A DNA stretch of 64,000 nucleotides, taken from the NCBI GenBank assembly GCA_965116025.1, contig OZ220480.1, forward strand, positions 320,001-384,000, given 5' to 3'. Shown here one piece after another: positions 1 to 9,169 of the stretch. The translations under genes were made by a program, and so were the position numbers. The first letter of the stretch is position 1. Every line of letters begins with the position of its first letter. The notes under the pieces were generated by a model. That model made no database searches and was not told where the DNA came from. It was given only the letters and a program-made list of their open reading frames with translations. The DNA comes from an uncultured candidatus Porisulfidus sp. (lineage in GTDB: Bacteria > Pseudomonadota > Gammaproteobacteria > Poriferisulfidales > Poriferisulfidaceae).

Positions 1-180
1 TGCGAGGTCGTTGGTCAAGCCAGCCAGAAAGTGACCATGCTGGTCGTGGGCATCCAAAGCGAGGGCATGCTGAAAGGCTACGAGAAAAGCAGAAAACATC
101 GGGAAGTGGAGGCGTTGATCGAAAAAGGGTTGGATATCCAGATTCTTTCGGAAAGAGACTTTCTCGACCTCATCGCCTGA
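1..180 (+). CDS. Partial CDS (C-terminus), BRCT-like domain as found on DnaQ-type exonucleases
   Basis: Frame 1 is open to TGA at 178-180 and reads CEVVGQASQKVTMLVVG...KSRKHREVEALIEKGLDIQILSERDFLDLIA, resembling a BRCT C-terminus. Confidence 0.6.
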   Translation, partial: CEVVGQASQKVTMLVVGIQSEGMLKGYEKSRKHREVEALIEKGLDIQILSERDFLDLIA

Positions 181-221
181 TCGATCCAATATCCCGGATC
201 GGGCTTCACCCGTCGTCACCA

Positions 222-1130
222 TCATCGCAACAGAGCTTCGAGCGCTCGCCGTTGCTCCAAATGCTTTCCCGAATTATCGCTTTTCAACCGTCGCAGATTG
301 AGCGACTTCCATTGGACGGCGGGCAGGAGAGCCGCCTGCGGAAATCCGATCAATTCAAAGTCGGGCTCGGCATCGTGCAGCGAAAGCAGGAAAACCGCGA
401 TATCGCCCGTGAGACGATCCTTGATGTCCGCATGCAAACGCGCGCGGGTTTCAGTGAGCTTTCTTCTCGTCACCTTCTCGCGCATCATTCCGGTGAGCTC
501 ATCGCTATACAGAGCGTCATCGAATTTCGCGTTCGGCGCCAGCAACTCATGTATCGGCCGGCTGGAGCTCGCCACATATACCATGAACGTGCGAAACAAC
601 GCGTCCGTGACTCCTTCGTTCTTGTAAAGATGCATGATATCGAAGAGGTCGCGCGGGTGCTGACGGTCGAGTGTCGCGTACATCTTGCCCGCATAGAGAT
701 CCTCGAAGGCGAGGACGTTCATCTCGACGAATCCGAAACGATCCATCACCGCGTCGGACACATCCATAGCAACCGGTGGATGCAATGCCCCGCGCGCTAC
801 CGGGAATGTCTCGACCTTGATCCGCGAGCGTTCGTCCCGAACGATCATCCGCGTGTCGATGTCGCCTCGACCGACAACGCGTTCCGCTCTCTCGGTCGGG
901 TCGCGCTCGGTAATAGCGAACGCGATCCGGTCAAGAGTCTCATCGATATCCCGGAGTGATTTCTGGCGGTCCTCCACCGGCAGGTATGTGAGATCTATAT
1001 CGGCGGAGAATCGGGGCATGTAGAAGAGATTGATCGCGGTGCCGCCCTTGAGCGCGAAAACCTCCTCCTTGGCGATATGCGGCAAGACGCTCAGCAACAA
1101 CCGAACTTGCGCAACGTAACGCTCATGCAT
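222..1130 (-). CDS. abiEii: AbiEii/AbiGii-family nucleotidyltransferase toxin (type IV TA)
   Basis: Motifs FALKGGTAINLF, SADIDL, YAGK, DRQHPRDLFD; ATG at 1130 overlaps the antitoxin stop. Confidence 0.85.
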   Translation of the reverse strand: MHERYVAQVRLLLSVLPHIAKEEVFALKGGTAINLFYMPRFSADIDLTYLPVEDRQKSLRDIDETLDRIAFAITERDPTERAERVVGRGDIDTRMIVRDERSRIKVETFPVARGALHPPVAMDVSDAVMDRFGFVEMNVLAFEDLYAGKMYATLDRQHPRDLFDIMHLYKNEGVTDALFRTFMVYVASSSRPIHELLAPNAKFDDALYSDELTGMMREKVTRRKLTETRARLHADIKDRLTGDIAVFLLSLHDAEPDFELIGFPQAALLPAVQWKSLNLRRLKSDNSGKHLEQRRALEALLR

Positions 1131-1721
1131 CAAAATCCACCTCGGCCTCGCCCTTTGGCACCATATCCCTCGGCACGTAAATCCGATACACGGGATGAAG
1201 CTTTCCACCGACCACGAGGGCGCGCGGGCCCGCTCCCAAATCAATGCGCGAAACGTCAAGACGCTTGCGCCACCGATGCCTGTGCTTGTCCGCGAAAACG
1301 AAGAACAGCCGGCGCACTTTCACGCTTCTGCACAGCGTGAGCAATTCCATAAGCCTCTCCGGCCGCAACATCGTTAGCCCCTCGAAAATCTTGTCTAGGT
1401 TGTCGAAGCTTGATCGCTTCGGAAGCTCGTCGAGCGCCTCGAGGATCGCCCGTTCTGGAGAGGAGGCCCGGACCGGCCACCGCCACACGCTCACCGTCCG
1501 GCCAACCTCACCGACATCACGGTCAGCGTCTTCTATTCCAGTCCGATCACCACCGAAGAGTCCACTCCGATGCAGAATAATCGTGTCCCGTGTTGGCAAC
1601 CTCTTCATCCATGGCGGAACATCGCCATAAATGATGGGATGGTTCGCCCCGCTTCCCTGCTTGGCCTTGAGCGGGCACAATGAGAGTACAACCAACCCAT
1701 CGCGAAAGCGGGACGACCCTT

Positions 1722-2768
1722 ATGAAGCAGACTCCATATCAACTCGCCATCGCCCATCTGGGCGTGGACCTGGGCAAGCGGGCGTTTCACGCTTGCGGGA
1801 TGACGCGCGCCGGCAAGATCGTTCTGGAGAGGCGCTTCACGCGGGCTCAGCTGGAACGCTTCGCGGAGGAGCTGCCGCCATGCCGGGTCGGGCTGGAGGC
1901 CTGCGGCGGCGCGCATCACTGGGCGCGGCTGTTCCGGCGTCATGGGCATGACGCGCGGCTGATGGCGCCGTCCTTCGTGAAGCCGTTCGTGAAGTCGAAC
2001 AAGAACGACGCGCGCGACGCGGAGGCGATCCGCGAGGCGCGGAGCCGTCCGAGCATGCGCTTCGTGCCGGCGCGGACGGAAGCCGAGCAAGCGATCCAGC
2101 AATGCCATCGGACGCGGGCGCGGCTGGTGCGGAGCCGCACCCGGCTGGTCAATCAGTCGCGCGCGTTCCTGCAGGAGTACGGGATCGTCATGCCGAAAGG
2201 GATCGGGGTCTTTCGCGCGCGGCTGCCGGAGATCCTGGAGGACGGCGAGAACGGCTTGCTTCCGGAAGTCCGCGAGGCGCTGGCGGAAGGTTACGAGGAG
2301 GTGCGGGAGCTGGACCGGCGGGAGGGGCGTTGCCGGGCGCGGATCCAGGCGCATGCCGAGGCCGACCCGGGCTGTCGGCGGCTGATGACGATCCCGGGCA
2401 TAGGCGCGCTGTCGGCCAGCGCCCTGGTCGCGAAGCTGGGCGACGGCAGCGAGTTCCGCGACGGGCGGGAGGCGGCCGCCTACCTCGGCCTGGTTCCGAA
2501 GCGGTATTCCACCGGCGGAAAGCCGAGGCTCGGAGGGATCAGCAAGCGGGGGGACCGCGCCTTGCGCGGCCTGCTGATCTTGGGCGCGAAAGCGGTGTCG
2601 CGGGTCTCCGACTAGCGCGAGGACGCGCTCGGCAACTGGCTTCGCGGCCTGCGCGAGCGCCACCACGACAACGTGGCGGCGGTCGCGTTGGCGAACAAGA
2701 ACGTCCGCATCGCCTGGGCGCTGCTCCGGCGCGGCGGAACCTATCGGGAGGAAGCCCGCATGGCGTGA
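1722..2768 (+). pseudogene. IS110 DEDD transposase/recombinase with a premature in-frame TAG at 2613-2615
   Basis: Motifs GVDLGK, GLEAC, KNDARDAEA, YSTGGK; after the TAG the same frame continues REDALGNWLRGL...VALANKNVRIAWALL to TGA 2766-2768. Start could be 1680. Confidence 0.85.
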
Positions 2769-3010
2769 GGCTTCCCTCCGTATCCCGGCGGGCTTCGCCC
2801 GCCGATCGGTTGCGGGGAAGAAGCGAAAGGATGGCGGAACAGGTCGGACCGACGCTCCGAGAGCCTGGTGTTGACATAGGCCTTCGAGGCCGTACAAATG
2901 ATAAGGCCGGAGCGTGCGGAACCCATCGGGGCCCGGGAGGCGACGTCCTCCCACCGAGAGGCCGGATATATGTGCGCGGCCGATCGACCGTCGCCTCAAG
3001 CTTCCGACTT
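2769..3010 (+). ncRNA. Putative bridge RNA / seekRNA in the IS1111 right end
   Basis: Stem CGCTCCG..GCCT / AGGC.CGGAGCG encloses an internal loop around hairpin GGCCT-TCG-AGGCC; a second loop carries CCCATC and ATATATG matching the predicted circle junction. Boundaries approximate. Confidence 0.7.
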
Positions 3011-3964
3011 GCAGGGAGGGGGCGAACCATATAAGTAAACGCGTGACATGCCCAGTTTCAGGTAGTGGGCGAAGCCAGCCAGATCAAGAGCGCTTTCACC
3101 GCCCAGGTGCACGTCGCGCTTCATGATCCACTGTAGCGAGAGCAGAGGAATTTCCCAAGATGCTTCAGCCCTCCCCTGCGCGCCCTCAGGCAAAGGGCGG
3201 CGATAAACCCCTCGGATGACGCGCTCCATCCATCCGCGAGAAACATAGCCGTGGAGAGATTTCGGATCGATGCCTTGCGCCTTGATCCACGCGGCATCAG
3301 CCATGAAACCAGGCGGAACCTTGTCCAAAAGGCTTTTTAGCTTTGATGTCTTTCGATGACCATTGACCATCTAAATGGAGAAGATTCGAAAAACCTTTCT
3401 TCGAGAATATCACCGCTATTATGGCAAAACTTTGCCGTTCCAAGCTCGAGCTCAGGACCATGGCTTTGATTTTTCGCCATTGATGATCCCGCGAATTCCT
3501 TGTTTTCCTCCGCGCGAGGGCGGGTGCGTAAGGATCGATCCTTTATAAAGTCAAGATTTTCCTTAGTCTTCCACCATGCCCGGCAGATCCTGTTGCTTCG
3601 TGACCGCCCGAGGCAACGCTTTGAAGCACGTCATGCCTCGCCAGCTCCCAAACCCACGGCATTCACCACTCGGAAGGCGGCCAGCCGGTTAGCCTCGCCA
3701 TCACCCATGTGGCGACCCAGCTGTCCCATAAGAAATCTCACCCCCCCCACTCGACCCGTCCATCGCTCACGCTTGCGCCCTGAAGACGATATATCGGTAG
3801 TCGCTCACGGGAAAATCAGATGCCGCCCCGTGGCCGCTTCCTTGAATCCAATAATTGTAAGTGACGGCCATCTTGGTGCCTGATGATACAATGCGGGACT
3901 ATTGATAGTTGACAGCCCGAGCGGAAAGACGCTCCGCGAAAGTTGCGGTCTTGACACTTGTTGA

Positions 3965-5704
3965 ATGAGCACTCCATTACCTACCGAGGTCCGATTGAAA
4001 TGCTTCGCGGCAATTCTTGACGCGGCCAATCGCTGGAAGAAAGAATGCCTCCTTGGAGGCACCTCGTTGCTTGGCGAGGAAAAGCTCTGGACGCACGATA
4101 CGTTCGGCCACCTTCAACGGCACTATACCGAGAACCTTTACGAGGGATCCCAATATAGTTTTGAAGAGCGGCTACAGGTCCAACTGGAACCTGCGCCGCC
4201 GGAGGCGAAGAAGCTATGTGCGGAAGTTTTCTGGGTGTATTACCTTCTCGTTCGTTCCGTCACGCGGGCTAAGAAACTCGACAGAATAAAAACGGTCTGG
4301 GAATGGTCCGGAGCAAGTGTGCCTGAAAACCACTGGGCACTTGGTGATGTTCTCGACAAAGGGGTCGTCCTCGCGGGAATGGCCTACAATCTTGGGCTAT
4401 GGAAGGAGTTAATGTTCATCTTCACTCTCATGCATGATTGGACCACCCGTTCCGCAAGCGACCGGAAATCCTTGTTAAGCGACCCTTGGCGTTTCGCCGA
4501 GTTCCTTGACGAACAACCGGACTCGGACCGTCGCCAATTCCGCCATGCCCTATTATTCCTTCTGTTTCCGAATGACTTCCAGCCAATGGTATCGTCCAGG
4601 CATAAACGGAAGATCGTCAGGGCGTTCCAGGACCAGATCGACGAGACTGTGAAACCAAATCGCATGAGCGCGGCGGGTATTGACCGGACGTTGCTGGCGA
4701 TACAGAGCCGACTCCAAGATCAATATCCCGATCAAGAAGTCTATTTCTACTCATCTCCTTTCAAGGAAATCTGGCAGAACGGCCCACCAGAGGAGGAAGA
4801 TGACTATAGTGACGGGGACGAGGAAGACGAGTGGAACGAAATGGAGAATGAGACGTACACCATTGAGACCGCGCTCGCGGACCTGTTTTTGGAGGAAACT
4901 CAGTTCCGTCGCGTTCTCAAAACCATCAAGCTGCACAAAAATCTGATCCTTCAGGGACCACCGGGCGTCGGCAAGACCTTCATCGCGAAACGAATCGCAT
5001 GGTGCCTTATGGGGCGCGAGGAGTTAGAGGCGGTGGAAATGGTGCAGTTCCACCAGTCTTACGCCTATGAGGATTTCGTGCAGGGCTACCGACCCACGGA
5101 GGAAGGCGGCTTCACGTTGCGCGAGGGTCCGTTCCTCGAATTCTGCGAGCGCGCGGCGGCAGCGCCCGACCAGCCATTCGTATTCATCATCGACGAGATC
5201 AACCGGGGCAACCTGTCCCGGATCTTTGGGGAGTTGCTGATGCTCATCGAGCCAGACAAGCGGGGCCCCGAGCACGAAATCAAACTGACATACGGAAGAA
5301 GGCGATTCAGCGTCCCGAACAACGTGCATCTTCTGGGCCTCATGAACACGGCGGATCGCTCCCTCGCGATCATGGACTACGCTCTGCGCCGGCGTTTTCG
5401 CTTCGAGACCCTCAAGCCGGAATTCGGAACCAGATTCCGGGAACATCTGCTGGAGCATGGAATCGCGACGAGTTTGATCGACCGCATCATCGGGAAAGTC
5501 GGCGCTCTCAACGAGCGGATTCGTGAAGAGAAGGACCTCGGCTCCGACTTCGAGATCGGGCACAGTTATTTCGTGCCCAATGGACAAGCGGGCGAACAGT
5601 GGTATCTGGATGTCATTGATCTGCAGATCAAGCCCCTGTTGCGAGAATATTGGTTTGACCATGCAGACAAGGTAGAGGAAATGGTCGAGGACTTGCGACG
5701 GTGA
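3965..5704 (+). CDS. mcrB: McrB-family AAA+ GTPase of a type IV restriction system
   Basis: GPPGVGKT, VQFHQSYAYEDFVQG, IIDEINRG, MNTADRS, DYALRRRF, IGHSYF. Confidence 0.92.
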   Translation: MSTPLPTEVRLKCFAAILDAANRWKKECLLGGTSLLGEEKLWTHDTFGHLQRHYTENLYEGSQYSFEERLQVQLEPAPPEAKKLCAEVFWVYYLLVRSVTRAKKLDRIKTVWEWSGASVPENHWALGDVLDKGVVLAGMAYNLGLWKELMFIFTLMHDWTTRSASDRKSLLSDPWRFAEFLDEQPDSDRRQFRHALLFLLFPNDFQPMVSSRHKRKIVRAFQDQIDETVKPNRMSAAGIDRTLLAIQSRLQDQYPDQEVYFYSSPFKEIWQNGPPEEEDDYSDGDEEDEWNEMENETYTIETALADLFLEETQFRRVLKTIKLHKNLILQGPPGVGKTFIAKRIAWCLMGREELEAVEMVQFHQSYAYEDFVQGYRPTEEGGFTLREGPFLEFCERAAAAPDQPFVFIIDEINRGNLSRIFGELLMLIEPDKRGPEHEIKLTYGRRRFSVPNNVHLLGLMNTADRSLAIMDYALRRRFRFETLKPEFGTRFREHLLEHGIATSLIDRIIGKVGALNERIREEKDLGSDFEIGHSYFVPNGQAGEQWYLDVIDLQIKPLLREYWFDHADKVEEMVEDLRR

Positions 5705-6744
5705 GCCAGAACGAGATTCCGATCACCAATATCTACTACCTCCTTTGCTACGCCTGGAATCATGTCGAGGAAAGCGATGTGGTTCGGATTGAGGAACTGG
5801 AGAATCTGAAAGCGGTCCACGATCTTTTTGGCAAGGTTCTCGCGGAAGGCACGTTTCGACTGATTCGCGGAGGCATCGACCGCGACTATCGGGAAGTGAA
5901 CGAGGACCTCGCCGGGGTACGAGGAAAAATCGAGTTGAGCGAAACGGTGAAGCGGGCGCTACGCGCCCGGGGCCAAGTGGCGTGCGTTTTCGAGGAAATG
6001 TCGCCGGACGTGCTACACAACCAAATCCTTCGTTCCACGCACAAATCGCTACTGAAAATCCCGGACCTGAGCCCTGACGTGCGCGCGAGCGTTCGGGATG
6101 CTTACGCGAAACTCGGAGGCATTACGGTCATTCCGATACGCCGCGAGACGTTCCAACGGGTGCGGCTGGACCGAAATCGTCGTTACTATCGATTCCTGCT
6201 GTCTCTATGCCATCTCATCCATGAGCAGCTATTGGTGGACGAGAAGTCTGGGAAAGCCAGATTCACCGCCTTCAGCGAAGCCCGGATGGAAAAACTGTAT
6301 GAGGACTTCATCATCGGATTCTATCGCCGCGAGCAACGACGCTATCGAGTTAATCACCCCAGCCGTGGGATCTCTTGGGCAGATGAGGGAACAGCCGATG
6401 ATCAGCGACGCTATATTCCTAAAATGGAAGCCGACGTTATCCTGGAAGAGCCGAATCGGCGCATCCTCATAGACGCGAAATACTATAAAGAAGCCTTGAA
6501 GAGCCATTACGGGCACAAAAAACTCTCATCGGGCAACCTCTATCAGCTCTTGGCCTATTTGCGGAATCGCGAGGCCACGGCGCCACCAGGCGCGAAGCAC
6601 GAAGGAATGCTTCTTTATCCGACGGTGGACGAATCGATAGCGATAGATGTCCGCTTGGAGGGATTCTCGATTCAGGCGCGAACCATCAATCTCGCCCAGA
6701 ACTGGCGTGATATCGAAAGAGACATGCTGGCATTGATCGCGTAG
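5701..6744 (+). CDS. mcrC: McrC-family PD-(D/E)XK nuclease subunit
   Basis: IPITNIYYLLCYAW, ADVIL..LIDAKYY, NLYQLLAY, GMLLYP; 4-bp overlap with mcrB. Confidence 0.92.
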   Translation: MSQNEIPITNIYYLLCYAWNHVEESDVVRIEELENLKAVHDLFGKVLAEGTFRLIRGGIDRDYREVNEDLAGVRGKIELSETVKRALRARGQVACVFEEMSPDVLHNQILRSTHKSLLKIPDLSPDVRASVRDAYAKLGGITVIPIRRETFQRVRLDRNRRYYRFLLSLCHLIHEQLLVDEKSGKARFTAFSEARMEKLYEDFIIGFYRREQRRYRVNHPSRGISWADEGTADDQRRYIPKMEADVILEEPNRRILIDAKYYKEALKSHYGHKKLSSGNLYQLLAYLRNREATAPPGAKHEGMLLYPTVDESIAIDVRLEGFSIQARTINLAQNWRDIERDMLALIA

Positions 6745-6870
6745 ATCAAGCGGCATCCCAACCTTCACTTGTCAGCGCGTTCGGCCCAACCCTCGCGACG
6801 CTCCCGTTTTGCCCCACGCCACCCCTCGAAGCCATCCGAACCCAATTCAAGCAACTGGAGCGGCTTCCGC

Positions 6871-7470
6871 TCAGTATCGCGTTCGCCCCTCGAACGCCGT
6901 CATCAAGGTTCCCGGATCCAGATATTCCAGCTCTCCCCCCACCGGAACTCCCCGCGCTAACCGGGTGACTTTGACCTGATGTCGTCGCGCCAGCTCGCTC
7001 AGCACGTGCGCGGTGACATCGCTTTCCACGGTCGTGCCAATCGCCAGGATCATTTCCTCTATGGGTTCAGTCTCCAAGCATGCCTCCAACTGTGACAGAC
7101 CGATTTCCTCTGGCCCGATGCCGTCCAGCGGAGACAGCCGCCCCATCAGCACGAAATAGCACCCCCGATAATCCGTATTGGCCTCCAGCATTCGAACGTC
7201 GGCCGGGCCTTCCACGACGCACAACTGGCTCTCCAACCGCGACTCGTCCGCGCAAATCGCGCACAGTTCGTTTTCCGTGAAGTTCCGGCAACGCGCGCAA
7301 TGCCGAATGTTGTCCAGTGCCTCCTTCAGCACGGATGCCAGCACGCGCCCGCGCGGGCGGTTTCGCTCTAGAAGATTGAAGGCCATTCGCTGGGCGGTCT
7401 TCACGCCGACCCCAGGAAGGCATTGCAGGGCCTCGACCAGACGGTCCAGCAAACTGTCCGAGGCCGACAC
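6871..7470 (-). CDS. recR: Recombination mediator RecR
   Basis: LPGVGVKTAQR HhH motif, C4 zinc finger, Toprim VVEGPAD, GVPVGGELEY; GTG start at 7470. Confidence 0.95.
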   Translation of the reverse strand: MSASDSLLDRLVEALQCLPGVGVKTAQRMAFNLLERNRPRGRVLASVLKEALDNIRHCARCRNFTENELCAICADESRLESQLCVVEGPADVRMLEANTDYRGCYFVLMGRLSPLDGIGPEEIGLSQLEACLETEPIEEMILAIGTTVESDVTAHVLSELARRHQVKVTRLARGVPVGGELEYLDPGTLMTAFEGRTRY

Positions 7471-7471
7471 T

Positions 7472-9067
7472 TCAGGATTCCGAGTCCGGGGCCGCCGCGC
7501 CATCCATCGGCGCGATGATCCGCTGGGCTCCAAGCTCCTCCTGCAGGGCCTGAATCGTTGGGGATTCCTCAATTTCTCGTTGCGCCTGCTTGGCCCGCTC
7601 ATCGCGGTCATAGGCATCCTTTTGCGCCCGGGTCTTCCTCCGCGGCACGCCAAACCGGACGCGCAAGGAAACCTTCCGGCCAAAATATTTGGACAAAGCT
7701 TCCGCCAGAGCGTCTTCCGCTTTGGTGGGGATCGAGTAGGTCTTGTCGCAGATCAAATGCAACGCGTCTCCCTCTATGCGCTCCACCGCGCAATGATCCG
7801 CGAAAACCTTCGCGTTTCCGCGAATCCCAAGTAGCTCGACCAGCGCGCTCCAGTCCATCTCCTCGTTCCACTCGACCGACTCCCTCGACTTTACCGACCC
7901 GGTTTTCGCGGGAGGCGCGCTCTGATTCGGCGACGGATCTCTCGCAGGAGCGGCACTGGGTCCAGCGGGTCCCTCTTCCCGCTGGCCTTCCGGCAGAAAG
8001 CACAATAGCCGCAACAGGGTCATCTCCAGTCCCGTCTGCTCATCCGGCGCGTACTGCAGGTCGCGCTTACCCTGCAACAGTATCTGGTAGCCCAGCTGAA
8101 GGTCGGCCGGACTGTACGCCTCGTTGATCGCGCGGACCCAGTCCCGCATTTCTTCCGGCGCGTCGGCGCCCACTCCTTCGGATGCCATCGCGCAGGCATG
8201 GAGCACTCGGGCCAGATCGTCCAGAATGTCCTGGAACGAAGGCGACAATTCCCGCAGGGCCGCGACCGCTTTCATCACCTCGTCAGTTTTCCGGCTCGCG
8301 AGAGCCTCGACCAGCGCACCGAAACTCTCGCGTGGCAACAGGCCTAGCATCCGGCCCATCTCGTCTTGGGTCAAGCCGTCAGCGCAATAATTAATGGCTT
8401 GGTCCAACAGGCTCAGCCCATCCCGCATGCTGCCATCCGCCGCGCGCGCCAGCCGAATCACCGCCTCAGGCTCGGATTCGAGTTTTTCCTGTTCGAGAAT
8501 CTTTCCCAACTGCTCACCAATCTCGGATTCCGTCAAGCGTTTCAGGTGGAACTGCAGGCACCGAGAAAGTACCGTGGCCGGGAGCTTTTGCGGATCGGTC
8601 GTGGCGAGCAGAAATTTGAGGTGCTCGGGAGGTTCTTCCAAAGTCTTGAGCAAGGCGTTGAAGCTGTGCGTTGACAGCATGTGCACCTCATCAATCAGGT
8701 ATACCTTGAAGCGCCCCTGGGCGGGAACGTAGGACGAGTCCGAGAGCAACTCGCGCATTTCTTCCACGCGGGTGCGGGAGGCCGCGTCGATCTCCAGAAG
8801 ATCCGGAAAGTTCCCTGCATCGATGCTACGGCAGATACCGCATGCTCCGCACGGCTGGGCGCTGACTCCCTGTTCGCAATTCAGGCACTTGGCGACGATT
8901 CGCGCGAGGGTCGTCTTGCCGACGCCACGGGTTCCCGTGAACAGATACGCGTGATGCAACCGATTGTTCTCGAACGCCTTGGTCAGCACCTGAAGCACGT
9001 GCTTTTGCCCGACCACTTCGGCGAACGAGCGGGGCCGCCACCTCCGGGCCAGGACTTCATACGCCAT
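7472..9067 (-). CDS. dnaX: DNA polymerase III subunit gamma/tau
   Basis: MAYEVLARRWRP start, GTRGVGKTT, IDEVHML, NALLKTLEEPP, SRC motif. Confidence 0.95.
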   Translation of the reverse strand: MAYEVLARRWRPRSFAEVVGQKHVLQVLTKAFENNRLHHAYLFTGTRGVGKTTLARIVAKCLNCEQGVSAQPCGACGICRSIDAGNFPDLLEIDAASRTRVEEMRELLSDSSYVPAQGRFKVYLIDEVHMLSTHSFNALLKTLEEPPEHLKFLLATTDPQKLPATVLSRCLQFHLKRLTESEIGEQLGKILEQEKLESEPEAVIRLARAADGSMRDGLSLLDQAINYCADGLTQDEMGRMLGLLPRESFGALVEALASRKTDEVMKAVAALRELSPSFQDILDDLARVLHACAMASEGVGADAPEEMRDWVRAINEAYSPADLQLGYQILLQGKRDLQYAPDEQTGLEMTLLRLLCFLPEGQREEGPAGPSAAPARDPSPNQSAPPAKTGSVKSRESVEWNEEMDWSALVELLGIRGNAKVFADHCAVERIEGDALHLICDKTYSIPTKAEDALAEALSKYFGRKVSLRVRFGVPRRKTRAQKDAYDRDERAKQAQREIEESPTIQALQEELGAQRIIAPMDGAAAPDSES

Positions 9068-9169
9068 GAGAATGAATGCGAGAATCAGGACTGATCTGTC
9101 GGCGTCATTATAAAGTCCCGCCCGCCCGCGATCGCCGGGTCCAGTTCCAAGCGCGTACAATCCCTCTCG

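Larger units (their letters stand above)
1632..3033 (+). mobile_element. IS110-family element, IS1111 subgroup (1402 bp)
   Basis: Sub-terminal inverted repeats ATGGTTCGCCCC (1639-1650) and GGGGCGAACCAT (3019-3030), 7 and 3 bp from the inferred ends; DEDD transposase; long non-coding right end. Ends are ambiguous by a few bases. Confidence 0.9.
1123..3370 (-). pseudogene. abiEi: AbiEi antitoxin interrupted by an IS110-family element (5' part about 3034-3370, 3' part 1123-1631)
   Basis: N-part has GWMERVIRGVYRR and HLGGESALDLAGFAHYL; C-part has SSPERAILEALDE and CRSVKVRRLF. Removing 1402 bp rejoins the frame as RVY(F/L)YGDVPPW. Confidence 0.85.

Noticed and set aside
1625-1629. CCATA at both junctions (also 3027-3031) as a target-site duplication
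   Set aside because: IS110-family elements do not make TSDs; the right copy overlaps the inverted repeat, and the 7/3-bp end model fits better.
2613-2615. In-frame TAG in the transposase as pyrrolysine or recoding
   Set aside because: Other genes here end normally at TAG (e.g. mcrC, hldE) and no pyl genes are seen; a nonsense mutation is simpler.
2831-2841. 11-nt identity ATGGCGGAACA between the IS right end and target flank 1611-1621
   Set aside because: It lies outside the guide loops, in what looks like scaffold, and is offset from the core; probably chance.
3423-3436. GGCAAA-AC-TTTGCC palindrome as an AbiEi operator
   Set aside because: Position is plausible, but 6-bp arms are too short to support a call.
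3500-3883. 127-aa ORF between abiEi and mcrB
   Set aside because: TTG start, no motifs and atypical composition; likely non-coding.
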